Counted from the stretch's first letter, positions 36,701 to 51,780 are shown. The stretch is DNA of 64,000 nt from Fimbriosthenelais zetlandica (GCA_977030845.1 OZ365113.1:21700001-21764000); one strand, 5' to 3'. Notes: a model not told the origin generated them from the letters alone. Program-made: numbers and translations.

Positions 36701-38599
36701 CGATTAGTGCAGGCAAGTCCCAAAACTATAGATCAAGACTGAAAGCTTCCAGCAGACGATGATGTGGACTACACGGTACATATGAGCGTCTATTAATGGA
36801 GGCAAACCAGTCACATCTCGAATGACTGGATCGCTATTGCGATATTGATACAGATGGAGCCATTTTAGTTTTGGTGTACTATCCCCCTGTTGTACAAGGA
36901 ACCTCGCCAATGGCGATGGTCGGCGAGGACAACCTCGTCGAGCGTTTGCTTTGTTCAAGTACTGCTTTCTTGAAAGAAATGCTTGGACAATTGCTTATTA
37001 TTGCATTGTCCAAGCACTGTTTTCTCACAAATATTGTTTGTATAATACAATCGCTCGACGAGGGTACCCTCGCCTTCGGAAACAGATCCTAAATATTCAA
37101 TTTTTCCACCAGCAAAATTGAAATATTCTCCACTTTGGTAGTCCCAACCATTGACTATACATCTAAATCAGCATAATATATATAAGTGCCTGATGAAGCG
37201 CTTTATCAAGACCGTAAATGAACCGGTAAAAGCTTAGTACATGGTAACAAGGTTGACGCTTGGTTATTTAAAGTCGGGCAGTTAGAAGTGGCTTTTAAAG
37301 GCCTTCTCTATGACTGAACATCATTTTACATTAGCTGCCAACTTGGTAGGTGTGAGGAACATGAAGTCATCCATCTAGAGAAGGTTCCAGGATTATTACA
37401 CAACTATCCAGTCCATTACAGCCAAAGTATGCTACTATGATGTATTGTAGTCATTAGAATTTTAATAAGGTAATTACTGAACTTACCAGCGAGATATTTA
37501 TAATTCTTGACACAGCTCACTGCCTTTCCTCATTCGCATATTCTCCTAAAAAGAGAAAAGGCAAATATTATGCGATGGCACGCATAGAAACAGCGAGTAA
37601 ACAATACCAATGATATGCATGCAAGAATTCGCACACACATAATTCTCCAACATACGATTCTCCCGTCAATAAAAATTATGGCAACAACAGACGCCATCAA
37701 CAGCAGAGCAGAAGTATCTCTCTGCACCCTTATATATTTCATGAAATATATATTGGCCAACCCACTCAATGAAAAATGAGACAAAAATGCTTAGATCTAT
37801 ATACCATTTGCCGAAGCAGGACGGCAGGTGATGTTCTTTGTTAAATGTCTTGTAATACCATGTAGGTATGCATTTAGGCCACGGAAAAAAACTATCCAGA
37901 ATGATAACTTGCATGCAGGCGATATATTCCGGCATTATGATGGTGTACCGGTACATTAAGAGACAAATTTATACTGATAGGAAAACAATACCTGACAAGA
38001 GACAATATGGTGGATCACTTGTAAAACATCCTACACAAAACGATCGTTAGTCAATTATATCAAGATTACCTGTCGGAAAGCCATAAGCTACAATTTCAAT
38101 ACTACATCCATATATAACACTGACAACCGGTATCCATCATTATAAAAGGCCTTTGTCGAGGCAATCTATTCATTTAGAGGGAGAGGTATGGACGACTAGC
38201 ATATTATGATCTGGCAATAATAATTTCCCAAGCGGTATAACACTACTGAGAAGAATAATTCTGATTTATCCTAGTGGAACGTGTCTTTCTATGACCATTC
38301 ATTCATTCTGCTCGTGGGGTACTCTCCCTACATTTGAATTATTAAATCAGTGCAAAATACAGAGAGAACAAACGTTTCCATTCGTCTGTTGTAATTTGCT
38401 ATACTGTTCCACAAGGTTAGAACTCCATTCCTCTGGCCCAAGAATACTCATCTGAGATTTTGCCTAGTGATTAAGGTGTGGAGTAAAATGATAATTGCTC
38501 CTGGCAATAGAAGCTCAAAAAATGAGAGGAAAAAACAACTTATCCTTTTGTGAGCCAAGTTTAATCTATTAAAAAACGCCCATCGGTTCATATATGTCG

Positions 38600-39349
38600 A
38601 TCAGTGTGCTACCAACTATATCGTCGATCATGGTGTCCCAACTAGAATAAATGCTGCTCCTCTTTTAAAGCTTCCCATCCCTATCTCATCATTTGTCTCG
38701 AAATCACTCCCATTTACCTCTGTCGATACTTGGAATTCACTTCCTGTTGCCCTACGAATTATTGCTGATCCGGATTGCTTTAAATCCCGGTTAAAAGCCT
38801 ACCTCACCCAAAATTGTTTTCCTGACTAAAAATCTGTATCCGATTTCCATATTTCCACTTGTTGGTCTGCTTCCTTTATGTACTCATCACTCTATATATC
38901 AATGTGATCTGTTCCTCATCTTACCCACCCCAACTATTGTGTCTGCAAGTACGCCTAATTCACCATATGAATGTGTTGATCTCAATACACGTTTAAATTG
39001 TACATATTATTGTAAATATTGATGTATATATTATGTTCCATGTCTGCATGTTGTCAAGTTGTCTAACATATTCCGTTTTCTCACCTTGACATAATCTGTG
39101 TGTAATTTGTAAATTGTGAATTGTGTTAATCTGTATGTCGTTGTTATGTCTGTCTGTGCGTGTTTCCTTGGATGAATAAGTGTATATATATACCCGGTAA
39201 TGCCTGAATCCCGCATGACTCCTAACTCTTTATAACTGACTAGCTGTTGACATCCTGACTTTTAAACATATCGCTTACTTTTAAACTGCATATTGAAATC
39301 TAATTGTAAAAAAAATGTAAAAAAAATGTAAAAAAAAAAAAAAAAAAAA
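38600..39349 (+). mobile_element. 5'-truncated LINE (CR1/L2 group): ORF2 C-terminus, 3'UTR and A-rich tail
   Basis: The + frame ending at TAA 38827-38829 reads HGVPTR...LLKLPIP...FVSKSLPF...WNSLPVALR...FKSRLKAYL, the typical CR1/L2-group ORF2 end. It is followed by an AT-rich 3'UTR and a (TGTAAAAAAAA)n / poly-A tail at 39305-39349. No TSD recognised. Confidence 0.8.
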
Positions 39350-42300
39350 TCCTCATTTGATCTTAATAGCTTTTCTTAGAAATGTATACACCCACAGTTG
39401 CACACACAAAAAATGACTATTGAGCTTTCTTTGTATTCTGCTACCTAAGACGTAATGAATACCCCATGCTACGAACGACAATGGAAAAAATCTCTTCATT
39501 CCCATTCCCAATGGGAGTCTAATATTGGGTGATAGTTGAGTGTATGATTAATGGGACGAAGACTGTCTATAAGCCTAATTAGGTTTTTTTTCTTCTTCAC
39601 GCGTAGCATCTTTCCATAGGATCAATAGAAGCCCTTTTTAGTAAGGACAGTATGTGAGGAACACAAAGGCAATAGCCGAGCAGAAGAAAGTCTTTCAGTC
39701 ACTGAAAACCCGGATCTGCATCGGTCATTTTCACATACAAGAAAGTTATGCAACATTAACAATATCATACGTTATATCGAGTGCATATCTACCTGCAATC
39801 TATGAAAAGGTTCCTATAGTTCATTGCAGAAATATGTCTGACATTAAAAAATGGCAATTTTAGGAATCTCAACACATTCCAGCGTTAACTTTTTGGATAA
39901 TATCTAGAAAGTGCATGCGGTTTTAATGGCTTATATCCGATTTAAAAAATTTCTGGCGACTATATAAGTATTGGTCATTTTCAGCAGCATAGGTCTGACA
40001 CTGTATGGAGTAAAAACGTAGCTGAAAAACCTGCTAGGCTATAATGTTGTAGAGTATGCTATATCGGCTGTGGTCTAACAATGGGGCTTCAGAAAGGGAT
40101 AACATTGGCTAAATCGTACTATGGCGTGTTTCGCACCACCTTCCATTGTCAGATTGGAGCTTTTCAATAGACAGTTCAGCCCGCCTACCTGAGCGTTCAT
40201 AATCTGACCTTTCATTCCTCTCATTGAATGTCCCAGATGATTTCTACTCAGGCAAAAATGGTTTGGACTATACCGGCAAATCAGCACCTAATGTCCCTCT
40301 TGATGCTATATATTGTTACTCTATACAATAGAAGTACATATCTGCTCCGTATTGAACTGATTGGCATCACATTCGTGCCCATTTCTAAATGGCTTCTTCA
40401 CGGGAAATCCAGAACAAAATCATTTCATCGGTATTTGGATTGGAAGGTGATCTCACACCTGGGACTATAACATAAATTGTAAAAAGTAAGATATATGTGG
40501 GTAGGTATGAGGACTATTCGGAAGATAAAGAATCCATGCAATATGGGGTCTTAACTGAGAACCAGCCAGACTGAGTGACGGGGTCGGTATATGGAGATAT
40601 AACGCTGGAACGAACGAAGGTGATTCAGTGGGCATCGCACCGAGCGAGATGATTGGATCACCTCAACACCATCGAGTGCAGACAGGGGGCAGGCATGACC
40701 ATTCAGGGTCTTCCATTGATTGATACTTGAAAAATTAATTACGCTTTTACCAAGGCACAAATATGTCCATGGATATCATGGAATATAAATGCTTGGTAGA
40801 GTGAATGCAGTAGCTACTTCAGACAATCCGTGCATAAAATATCAAACCACTGATATAATTATCACGCACTTGAAGAAGGGTTTGCCTCATAACTAATAAT
40901 ATTTGAAGAACAGTCATTCAGCATCAGTATGAATGAATACAAATGGAATCCATTTGAGAGATAATTCAGAACACGGGGTTTCTCCAGTGTCTTTAGTTTT
41001 CAATACTAGTTTCTTTCCTTTATATCCGTTTTATTTAACCGATTTATGAACATCGGTAGCTATATTGCTTTTATTTCGCTGGTATCTTTATTTGGATGGA
41101 GATTGGCCTGGGAATCCAATATAAAAGGACTGCTGCCAGTCGAGTCGGGGATGAGATAGTAGTACACGAGAAAGGCATTTGCAGCAGGCCAATCCAAGCT
41201 GTGGTTTGGACAGGTGTACAAGAGAAGTATGAAGAACATGCAGGGGGGTGTCTATTGCAGGGCAGTAAACACATCTGTGTAGAGGTTAAGGGTCAGATAA
41301 CACTGTAAAAGACAGCTTGATAAACACCAATGCTCCACCCAGAGGGCAAGACTTGGTGGAAAGAAGGGAGGGGAACAAGGTGTTCCACCCCGGAGCAAGC
41401 TAAGTGACAGGAGGAGGCATTTGATGGATAGGCAAATTATCCAACACCCTTTCCTGGAATGCTTCCAGGCTTAAAAAATATTAGCCATCCAAGATAGCAC
41501 ACAATGTAGCATGCAGCTCGCTATGGCAATATCCACTGCCTATTTCGCTCAGTCGACTGTTAGCCTATAGAAGTGTAAGATACATTGGCACCATCTCATT
41601 TAGTGGTTACAATTAGACCATTGGCAGTGCTTGAATACCTTTTTGGAGTCGTTTATGCCGGTGTAAGATAGGGTCTGTGGAACAGACACTGGGTCTTTTT
41701 ATTTGGTTACATTCACCAAAATGGCACGTTATTGGGTCTTAAAGAAGGTAAAGGAATTGGCCATGGAGTCATTGACTGGTGGAATTATTGCTCGCCTGGG
41801 CCAAGGTATATTATCATTGTTCCACTGAATGTTCCCGCAAACTGCAATAGGGTCCCCTGGGGAAAACTGGTTAGGATAACGTGTAAATAAAGATTTTTAT
41901 AGAGAAGAAAATCTGTATTATAACAGATATTCCACTGGTTTTATCGTTTAGCAATACAAAAGTCAGCAGTAAATATATGCAACGTGTACTTTTGGTGAAA
42001 TTTGGAATGGTAATAAATGAATTATTATTGCTAGTTATCATTAGCCTTTTCATTGTTAGTGACTTGAACGAATATATATAAAATTTCTTATCTGTCATTC
42101 CAGATCTTTCTCGTTTCTGCTTAGCATACTAATTCAACCTTGAGTGCAATTAATGCATCAAATCAACCAAACTTGTCAAGAGCAATTTTGCCTAATCACA
42201 GTCGATTCAATTAATGATAAACGTATTAATTCCTTGGAGCATTACAAATATGATCCAGATCCCCTCTATAGTCAAAGGAGTTGCGAACTTGTTGCGAAAA

Positions 42301-45300
42301 CAATTGTGAGAGTAACTATAAACTATAGTATATATAGCGCACTTATAAAATACTTTGTAATGGTCAGTCTTGCAGAACTTGCTTTAATGTCCTCTCCATT
42401 CTCTCATCATCTCTCGGTGCTATTCCACACAATCCTGTCCCTCACATCCATCCATGCCCTTTAACACTTACATTACTTCATACTGATCTTGGGCCAAAGG
42501 TAGTGCATCCCAAACATCACTAATTAAAAGCATGTTTGACCCTGATCTGGATCTATATCCACACGTGAAGGCCCAACAAGGGTCTTTTCCTCCAGCCAAA
42601 TATGACCAAAGCTGGCTTGGCTCAGCCTTTGGCAACACGAGTAAATCAAGCCAATGACATCCCCTCCCTCTTTGATATCCATTAGTATACAAGTCACTCA
42701 GCACTCTAAACACAGGCAGAATCTGTAATGAAGCGAACCTCACTCGTTTCCATTCTTTTGCTTTTTTTAAAGTTGCTCTGCTGCGAAGAAGAGAGCTGAG
42801 TATTGAAAGGGAGAGGCTAGCACCTTCCCTATATAAACCCTTTATAAAAAGAAAAAAACAAATTTCGATCTAAGATCCATGTATGGATTTATCAACATTT
42901 TCAAAGGCCACAATATTTCGCAGGTTTATTTGCAAATAATTACAATACCCCCAGGTGTAAACATGTAGCAATGTTTCAGTTATCTACCTACAGGGGTCCA
43001 TGTCTGATGGCGTTCGTGAGAGATCATAGATGTCAGCTTTTACATGCTGTTTCCATTGGGTTATCTTTATCAGAAAGCACAGGATCGCCGTAATGCTTTC
43101 AGCGCGTGTTACGCTTGTGTTCTAAGCTCAATTATCAAACCCAACGAACAGGTGAACTTAGATCCACACTAAGAGTCAGCCAAGCATTGGTCGGCAGACG
43201 GCATGATATAATAAAACCTTCCCATAAACACAAACCATTACGAAAGGCAATGGGTTAAAATGTGCCATATGTAACAAAACACAGCCTAATGGACAGCGAG
43301 CAATGCTGAATCCATAAAACTTATAACGCCAGTCAAATATTGCTGTTACTTAATAACAATAATGTATTACCTTTATAGCTTTGATGGTATTTCCCCATCA
43401 GTCAGCTATTGGATCGACAAAGCGATGATCGCAGGTCAGATAAACAATGCTAACAGCATCGTGCTTTGAATGGCCAACAACTTTTTGTTTACCCTGATTG
43501 ATTTTTAATCATATGCGTGCATGGATTCAGCATACAGGACAGCATAATCCTCATGGGACTTCATGAAATTTTAACATCATGGAAGGTCATAAAGGCTGCA
43601 TGTCTATTTGGTGATTGCATTTTGTAGGCAAACAGGTAAGGTCTGGGATCTATATACATGGATGGCTTATCAATTGTTTGCTGACATGGATATATGCTGA
43701 ATCATCCAGCAGCCTACAAAGCCTTTGTGTAGTACGATTGGCATGCATTCCCTACCTAGCCTACCATCCATTATCACTCAACATGCATGTACGACCAGGT
43801 ACACCACTCAGAGGTGTTTAATAGTACCTAAAAACCTCCAGTGAATACAATAGAACTCTTTTAGAGCCCACAACCCCCTTCCCTACAACTCCACTTAACA
43901 ATAGCATGCCTGATGACAGCTGCCTATGTGCCATCATGTTCCCTTGTGCTCACCACTTACCCTCAAACGATGTAGAAGATATTAAGAAATTGGCCCGATG
44001 GCAACTTGCTGATGTATATGGGCCCGGCAGTAAAACATCCGGTCCACGAGCAGTCGCAAAGGAAGATCATAGGAGAGAGTCCATTAATGTATTAGCGATT
44101 ATCGACAGGTCAGACTAGAGAGGGCGGAGATGGGGAAGACCAGCCGTTCCCCACTTCTGACACAGCGCGTGTGAGGAGGAACTGTCTGACCCGATTCACA
44201 TTAACTTTCTATAAGATTAGCATCCAAATTCCCCACTCAGGAACAGGGCCTCTAGCACTATTGCTCCAAAGACAGGAACATAGCTTTGAACATCCAACGA
44301 ACACGGGAGAAATTCAACAGTTGATGGGCCTATTGGCGAAAGCGTTCCCAATCCTGGGACAGCCATCGCTTTTCATGTGCAAAGGCGAATTTTGTGCAAT
44401 TGGGGAATTGTTAGTTAAATGTATTTAACCTATTCCTATTGTATGTTATCGGAAAAACATTGCGACGGCCCTCGAAAATCTTGAGCAACTGTTCTTTCAA
44501 CCGACTTGATAACTACCTCGCCATATCACCCTTATGGTTAATTCATTTAAAGAATGAAGTCAATTGAAATGCAAGGATTGCAGCACGTTGCTGTTTAACA
44601 TAACTTAAATGCACAGGAATGGCCTACTAATGGAGTTATTAGTGTGGAGCATGGCTGACATTTGACTAACAAATGTCAAGTAGTCCCTCTTCAAAGAAGG
44701 AAGCTAAGACCTATTAACAATTAACATACTCACTTATAAGCAAATCAAGACTGACCTTTTCTGACTGGTTTAATTAGCATCTCTAATCAATCAAAATCTG
44801 AACGTGTCCAATCAGCCATGAGCAGGAGGTAGGGTGTCATTAAGGTCTAATGACCTGGGATTAGCTTGCCTGACATAATTATTCCATATCTCATCAAGGC
44901 CTTGTCATCTTGGAGACTAAGCGTCCTAGCTGCTCTACAATGTGCCTTGATGGGATTTGTTTGGCTTTTTCATTATAATTATATTGTACAAAAATGTCAC
45001 TGTGTGATTTCATACAAGTAATATGTAGAGCACCATGGTCACCAAGAGCGATAAGGTCATGCTGATATAGTAATAAAGTCATGAGCACTGAATAGTTTCA
45101 TTTAAATTAAAGCAGATTTCCAAGGTAAAACCCCTCAGCGCAAGGTAGCCATTCCTTTACGCTCTATGTCATTATGACAGTTTATTGCTAATGGAAGGTG
45201 AACTCTGGAAGTGACATGGGCACAGTAGAGCAACAGACAGTGCACAGCAGCTGTGCAGGCATACAGCTATTCAACATCCCATCCATTTCTGAAACTCTTG

Positions 45301-46676
45301 TCGGACCTGTCTGAGCCTGAGGGCCTGAGTAGACTTATTGAAGTCAGAGAGTACCTAGAGCTCAAAGTAAAGCCCTGGATAGGACAAAATCCACTCATCC
45401 TACAGAGTTGTCATGAATCCTGTCATCCAGTCAAAAGCCACTGGAGGAAGCTATATAGGCCTCCAGCCGCCCATAGTCAGTCTAGCCATACAAGAACTCT
45501 ATTAACCTTTATAATATGTATGTATACACAGGGTCCAGTCTCAGGATAGGGTCCAAAATTCACCATCAACTAGGTCTACGCGTATTTATTGTTGCTATAG
45601 GTCTGGTTACTAGATTTAAATGTACCCCATAAAGAAAGAAAATGACATTATCGAGTCACATCATCCCGTAATTTCCAACTGTATCCGCCAATCACCTGAT
45701 TCATATAGCATCAGCAACTCGACCGGTTGCCATGACATCTGATATTTACAGACGCCAGACAGATGAAATCATTTGAGGACTAATTTCGGTGCTGTTTTCA
45801 CTTTCACCATAACCATAAACACAAATATTAAGAGGCCGATGAGATTTTGTTTTCATGACCATTTAGAGGAGTGGGTGGTGTGCAGTGGCCAGTGGGGAAC
45901 AAATAGAACCAATAATGGAAACGCTGACCTACTTGAAAATGAGCAGAGATACCATTAAAGCAGCAGATATGATGTTCTAATTGCATGTAGAGTGATAGAG
46001 CAATTTTCCCCTACAGAGAGGATGCAGATTCGCTTTATCATTACACATCGGTAGGCAATGGCTGCTTTTATGCCAATAAGACAGTCATGAATTGATAATC
46101 CTGGCTTCATACTTGCAGACAAATACAATTATTCCGGCCTCGTTATTGGTCCTGATATAATAGCGTACTAAGAAATGTTTCTCTCATCATACATGGCATA
46201 AAAATCACATGAATCTTGTATTATAAACAGCTCTACATCAAGCCAAGTGTTATTAAATACAAATACGTCAAGCAGTGCGCTGGCTCAAGATCACGGCATT
46301 GTGCTGGGGGAGAGGTTTGGAGTTGGGGCTCTAAACATTGAAGTCGGCCATGCTAAAACATGACAAATCTCCATCAGGAGAAAAAAGGTAGCAAAATCAG
46401 GCAGTGAGTTATTGTCTTCCCTTGAAGGGCCCATCAAGAGGGGTGATAATATAAATTTGGCATGCGTTGAGAAAGGATTAGAGTGCTATCCCATGCACTC
46501 TAAGCAATATGCCTTCCTAAGTGACGAGGATCTGTATCATTTGTGCAGAAGATGACGGTAAAATACAATTTAGATACCAGGAAAAGTAATATACTTATCA
46601 TCTATTCATGTATATAGGACAACACATTCAAATGGAAAACATTTCTCGTGTAAAATGGTATTGCAATCCTTATCGT

Positions 46677-46929
46677 CAGGGGGGGGGGGGGGGGGGGTGA
46701 AATCCCCGGAAACTCATTGGTTTTTTGCTTTAGTCAAAAATCATATATTCAAAAAACTTAGTATCAGAAAAATATTAGTAAGGAATTATCATTATTTGGG
46801 CTGTATTTTTCCAGGACTACCCTGATTTTTCAAGGACCTTTAAAATAAATTCCAGGACTTTTCCAGGCCTTTACAAATAAAATAAAATTCCAGGACTTTT
46901 CCGGGTTTACCAGGACCGTACGCCCCCTG
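46677..46929. mobile_element. Degenerate non-autonomous DNA transposon, hAT-like
   Basis: CAGGGG... / ...CCCCCTG ends, repeated TTCCAGGACTTTTCC subterminal motifs, and an end (ccaggaccgtacgccccctg) resembling widespread CAGGG-terminated MITE families. No 8-bp TSD found. Confidence 0.5.
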
Positions 46930-48860
46930 GGAGTTGAACCGGGGTGACACCACAGGGCTCAGTTCTTTATATATTTGGGGAGGGTTCTACCATCAATATG
47001 GAGTAAATCAGAGTAGTCTGCATTAAGATATCAATAATCCAAGGCATCAAGAAAACAGCAGTCATAGGCAGACATGTAAGGAAGAGTTATTGGTATTAAA
47101 GCATTCCAGGCCATAGAATTGCCCGAGTAATCATAGAAATCGCACGATAAATAAGCTTCTGCATCACTGCTCCGCTAACCTTCTGTTTTATTGCTAATTC
47201 CAAATGATGATTGTGGTAATTTAAGAGCAGATTTATGTTTCTTAAAATACAGAACCATAAATACAATATGCACCAAGATGGCTTCAGTGACTTTACTCTC
47301 TGAAGATAGAAAATTCGACAATGAGGTCAGGAACTTTAAGGTAGAAAAGTGGGGAAGTTAAGGTTGAGCGAAGCCTTTTGGCTGTTAGAGCGCAGGGAAT
47401 CCTCAGGGAAGCTATACTACAAACAGAATCGAGAAAATGACGCAGGGTTGTCACTAATACCCATGTCTAATACTCTTGGCTTAGTAGTTAAACCAGAAGT
47501 AGTTGTCCCTCAGCGGAGCTGGCACAGAGAGGCACATCGACATCATACATAATCTTAGTGACTTCATCATAAATAAACAGTTTCTAGGAAGTCCATTAAT
47601 AGTCAGCCTCTACCTGGAAAGTCTCACGTTTCCCAGGTGTCTGTTTCTGAAAGCTGGTCTCCCGCACTTTAATCAATCCGTCCCAATATAAAGACACTAC
47701 TTTGTTCACTTTAATAAAAGGATCTTTCCCTGGAGATATGTTTAAGTCATGCTAACTAAACCTTTGAAACTCCCTCTCACTGCAGGTACAATATTTTGTA
47801 TGAGGCCACATATAGTTGCAAGATGCAAAACATGTCAGGAGGATGGATGCATATATAGTGCATCACAAGGATCAACCGGCTATGTTTACATCTGACGGTC
47901 TGGATGTATATGTTCGTGAGTGGAGTCTATAAATGGACGCTCAACACTCATGTAAGAGGTACGAGAGGTGCGGGGAAAGCGGGTCTTACAAGGCATTATC
48001 ACATCTCAGGTGAGATCATGCAATGGTGCTATCACCCAAATATCTCTTACGGCAAAGGACTTCCCAGCAAACGGTTAATGGATTAAAAAGAGGTGGGACG
48101 ACATTAGGCATGCTCTCATATTAATCTAAACAATTGCTCCTCAATTATTTAGTTGTTTTGTCAAAGGAAATGTATCATAAAAGAGGCTTGCAAATGTTTC
48201 TTTCAACAAAGACAAGAGTCCTTCAATTATGAACACGTTCAGGCTGTTTCGTGTAATTGAAAGAAATGGGTTTCCATTGGAGATATTGAACACAGTGTAG
48301 CATGTTTGAGGCCTTCGCATGCCAAAGAAGCTGAGCAAAGAGAGCCTTAATTAAAATATTTCCCAGGCAGGAAATCCACACCCGGTGCAACTTGCCTGAT
48401 CACTCTATGCATTTTCAGCCTTTGGAGTTTCCCCAAAAGGAATATATCTATTGGTGTTGCATGAGTCATTGGAAATGGCAAGAAGAAATGTTGTGGATTC
48501 CGTGCTAGCATTGATTAATAATAGCATAATGTTCAATAGTGGCTGTCACAAGTGCAGGCCATCTATCTTACTAGATATCAAATCCCACTGTGGTACTTGG
48601 GACCATATCTATGTGTCCACTCATCCATCACTTAGGGCCAACTCCTGCCTTTTGTTTGCCTCCAGCTACTATACTAGAGTTGTATACGCCATTCACCCAA
48701 CCAGGAGTATGTTTCCTCACCCCCGGTAAAATTGGAAACATCAGTGCATTAAACTTTAGTCATTTTCAGGCACAAAAAAATATGATTAGGCCATTCCAGT
48801 ATAAGGTACACAACAGATAAAGTGGTCTGGTGAGTTACACCAGTTACGTAGAAGTTGCAC

Positions 48861-48943
48861 TGGTAACTAAGAAAGTTTCACTAGTAACTAAGAAAGTTTC
48901 ACTTGTAACTAAGGAAATTACATCAGTAACTAAGGAGTTACAT
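48861..48943. repeat. Degenerate 21-bp tandem repeat, about 4 units
   Basis: (t/c)(g/a/t)gtaactaagaaagtttcac-like units. Confidence 0.8.
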
Positions 48944-51780
48944 AAGTATTGTGGAGGTTACATAGGTTAAGGAGCAGCTACGTAAGTAAGGCATGACTTA
49001 AATTAATATACATCGGTAAGTAACAGACTTGACCATACTTTTGAGAATGTGTCAATAAATTAGCAGTGAAAACCTGGCAGCAGGAACTCCTCTTCACACT
49101 TCCTCATTCCATTTAGAGCACCGGTATTATTCATAAGCTTTACTTTACAGCCAAGGATCTTCACCGACTCCTGATCTAGACCAATTGTTCAACACGAGGC
49201 CATAAAACTTTTTATCAGTACACGCCGGTACACAAAGATAGTGGACTGGGAGTGACCCAGAGCTGCTCACTTGACCTTAACCCCGAGCAGTAGCGCCATC
49301 TGCCATTGTTTATCGACATCTAGAAGCATGAGGGCGTGAGTGAGAGTGACATGAAGAGTACATGAGGTACTCAAGAGACAAGATAACTTACACGATATTT
49401 GTGTGTGTTATACTCTATGCCATACTCTGTTCAATATGGTACATCAGACTGAGCTGAGACTGAGCTGAGCCTGGTCATGAAGCAGACACAGTGTATATAT
49501 AACAGAGATGGGCACTTTGCTTTAGAGTAAGCTATATTTCTTCCAGGCGATTGCGCATGCATCTGGTAATGAGAAAACAAAACATCCACATCTCAAGGCC
49601 AATTATCAGCATAAGTAAATAAGTAAACGTTGTCGAAACATCCAAAAGCACCATGTATCTAACTGTTTCAAACTACAGGCCTCCTTATATTTCTAAGGCG
49701 TAAGGCAATTTCACCATAGGCAAATCATGGCGTAGAAGGGGTATACAAGACAATTATAGATTAATCACCTTTAATTGTGATGAAGGAGGTGTCATCTGCA
49801 ATCCATTACATGAGCTACTTCCCCCAATCATAGTGTATATTTTGACACCTAACTCAGTGGTACTAAATCTCGTTCAATAATTGGCTTACTTCTACATTGA
49901 AGGATAGCGAGGAGGCGATAGAATGCATCAATTTAGAATCATTAAATGCCAGTCAGTATATATACCGTAACATACTTTAAGTCCAATATGGAAGAGATAT
50001 ATTAGACTATAGAGTCTTTATTAATCAACATCCGTCCGGGGAAAATAGCTCAGTGCTCAATGGCTACAGACATTTAGTGTACCATCATGGATACATGAGG
50101 AGAGGCGAGGGAATATGGTGGAGGGGAGAGCAGGTATAGGAGATAAGTTGAGTTTGTTTTTGTTAGTCCCTTGGGAAATCCTAATCCTATAAGAACAGCA
50201 TGGCATGGCTTCATGTTTCTCGATGACATTAGGGATTAGCAGTTGGTGAATATTTGCCTTAGGTACCAGAATAAAACATGATTTTCTTCATTCCGATATC
50301 GTTCTGCACTTCCGAACCACGCTGACCCTTTAATATCAGGATTTCCGTGGGAAGAGTAAAAGCTCGTAACTGGTCTAGGAAAAGTAACACCTGAGCCCGT
50401 GTTGGACTCCCATAAACCCCAAGTGGCTGGACATGTAATCTGTGGTATCAAAACACGGATTGGATGCTGATGGCGAGCCGCATTTAATTATTTAACAGGC
50501 GAGGTTAAAAAAGTGTTGCTATTCACCCTGGAGGCATACAGCCTCCTAAGACCATTCATGTTGGCTGGTAATTTGCATGATGCTGATCTCGGTCACCTAA
50601 TGGAGGATGGTCGCATGTGCACTTGCTTTCTAAATGTGATTTACCACTCCTTGGAGGACAGCGATCCGTATAATAGCAATGTAAAATATCATGTTAAGTA
50701 AAACCACCAGGTCTGAACAGAAGTGACAGTGCAGATCCCAATGCAACACAGCGACCATACAGGAAGAATTAGAAGTACTTACTTTCGCACTGGAAAAGGA
50801 TGAAGATGTTTAGGCAACAGTTCATGGGCGAATTATTTTGTTTAAGATAAAAGAGCAAGTGTGAAATTACATCGCAAAGCCCCATGTCCATTGGGCTGAC
50901 CTGGTGAGGCTTACATCAAAAGTACGGTTCAGTGGACATGGGCTTCCAAATTGCAAGGGAATTCCACCCACAAATTCCACTCTAGTCGCATAAAAGAATA
51001 TAATCATTTCTTTGTAACCTAAATGTTCACTTTGTAACACCTCTGAGACCATCCTATCCCATAAAGAGCAGAGTGAAATGCACTGGAAGCAATGCCGGAA
51101 TCCTCACTCAATGAGAATCAAAGGTCAATTGGTAAAACAATTGGACAGGAAGAAACAGCAATCTGCTTTGAGGTGATAAAGAAGCGATGTCATTGATCTG
51201 TCGCCGTGACCGTTGATAGTGAGGACTACAATAAGAGGGAAAGGGAAATCGATTTACGCCCTATACACTCACAGTTGTGAATCAATCCTAATTGATTGTG
51301 CATTAGAGGCTTTTCTGTTTGTTGATTGCTTCATGTCGACCAGTGAGGAAATCAATTGGTGGCACCGATTCATCAATAGGTAAGTGTTGCCTAAAAGAAT
51401 ACAGTGCACCACCCCACAGGCAATTTTAGCTAATTCAAATACACAGTCACTTTTTATTTCATCATTTCTCCGTGATGGGCGTGTAATTGATTATTTTTAT
51501 TTTAATAAGGGCATGGTACGACTGTAAATATTGGCAATTAGAACAACATAATGAATGATGAGGAACAATGCATCATCGCGTCATGAAAATAATGTTGGGT
51601 CAGGATTTAGTCAATACATTTTCTGATGAATCCTTGAAAAAAATTGTCCAACATTATTTACTTTTGCCAATTCCGCAACAGACAAACGTCAGTTGCAACT
51701 TTAATAAAATACTGAATATTTCAATATGGAGGTTTTCCCTAGAAGGTGCAGAGCCATTCATTATACTGAAAGCCAATTCT

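Noticed and set aside
46930-46990. B-box-like GGTTCAACTCC on the - strand (tRNA/SINE?)
   Set aside because: No convincing A-box or cloverleaf.
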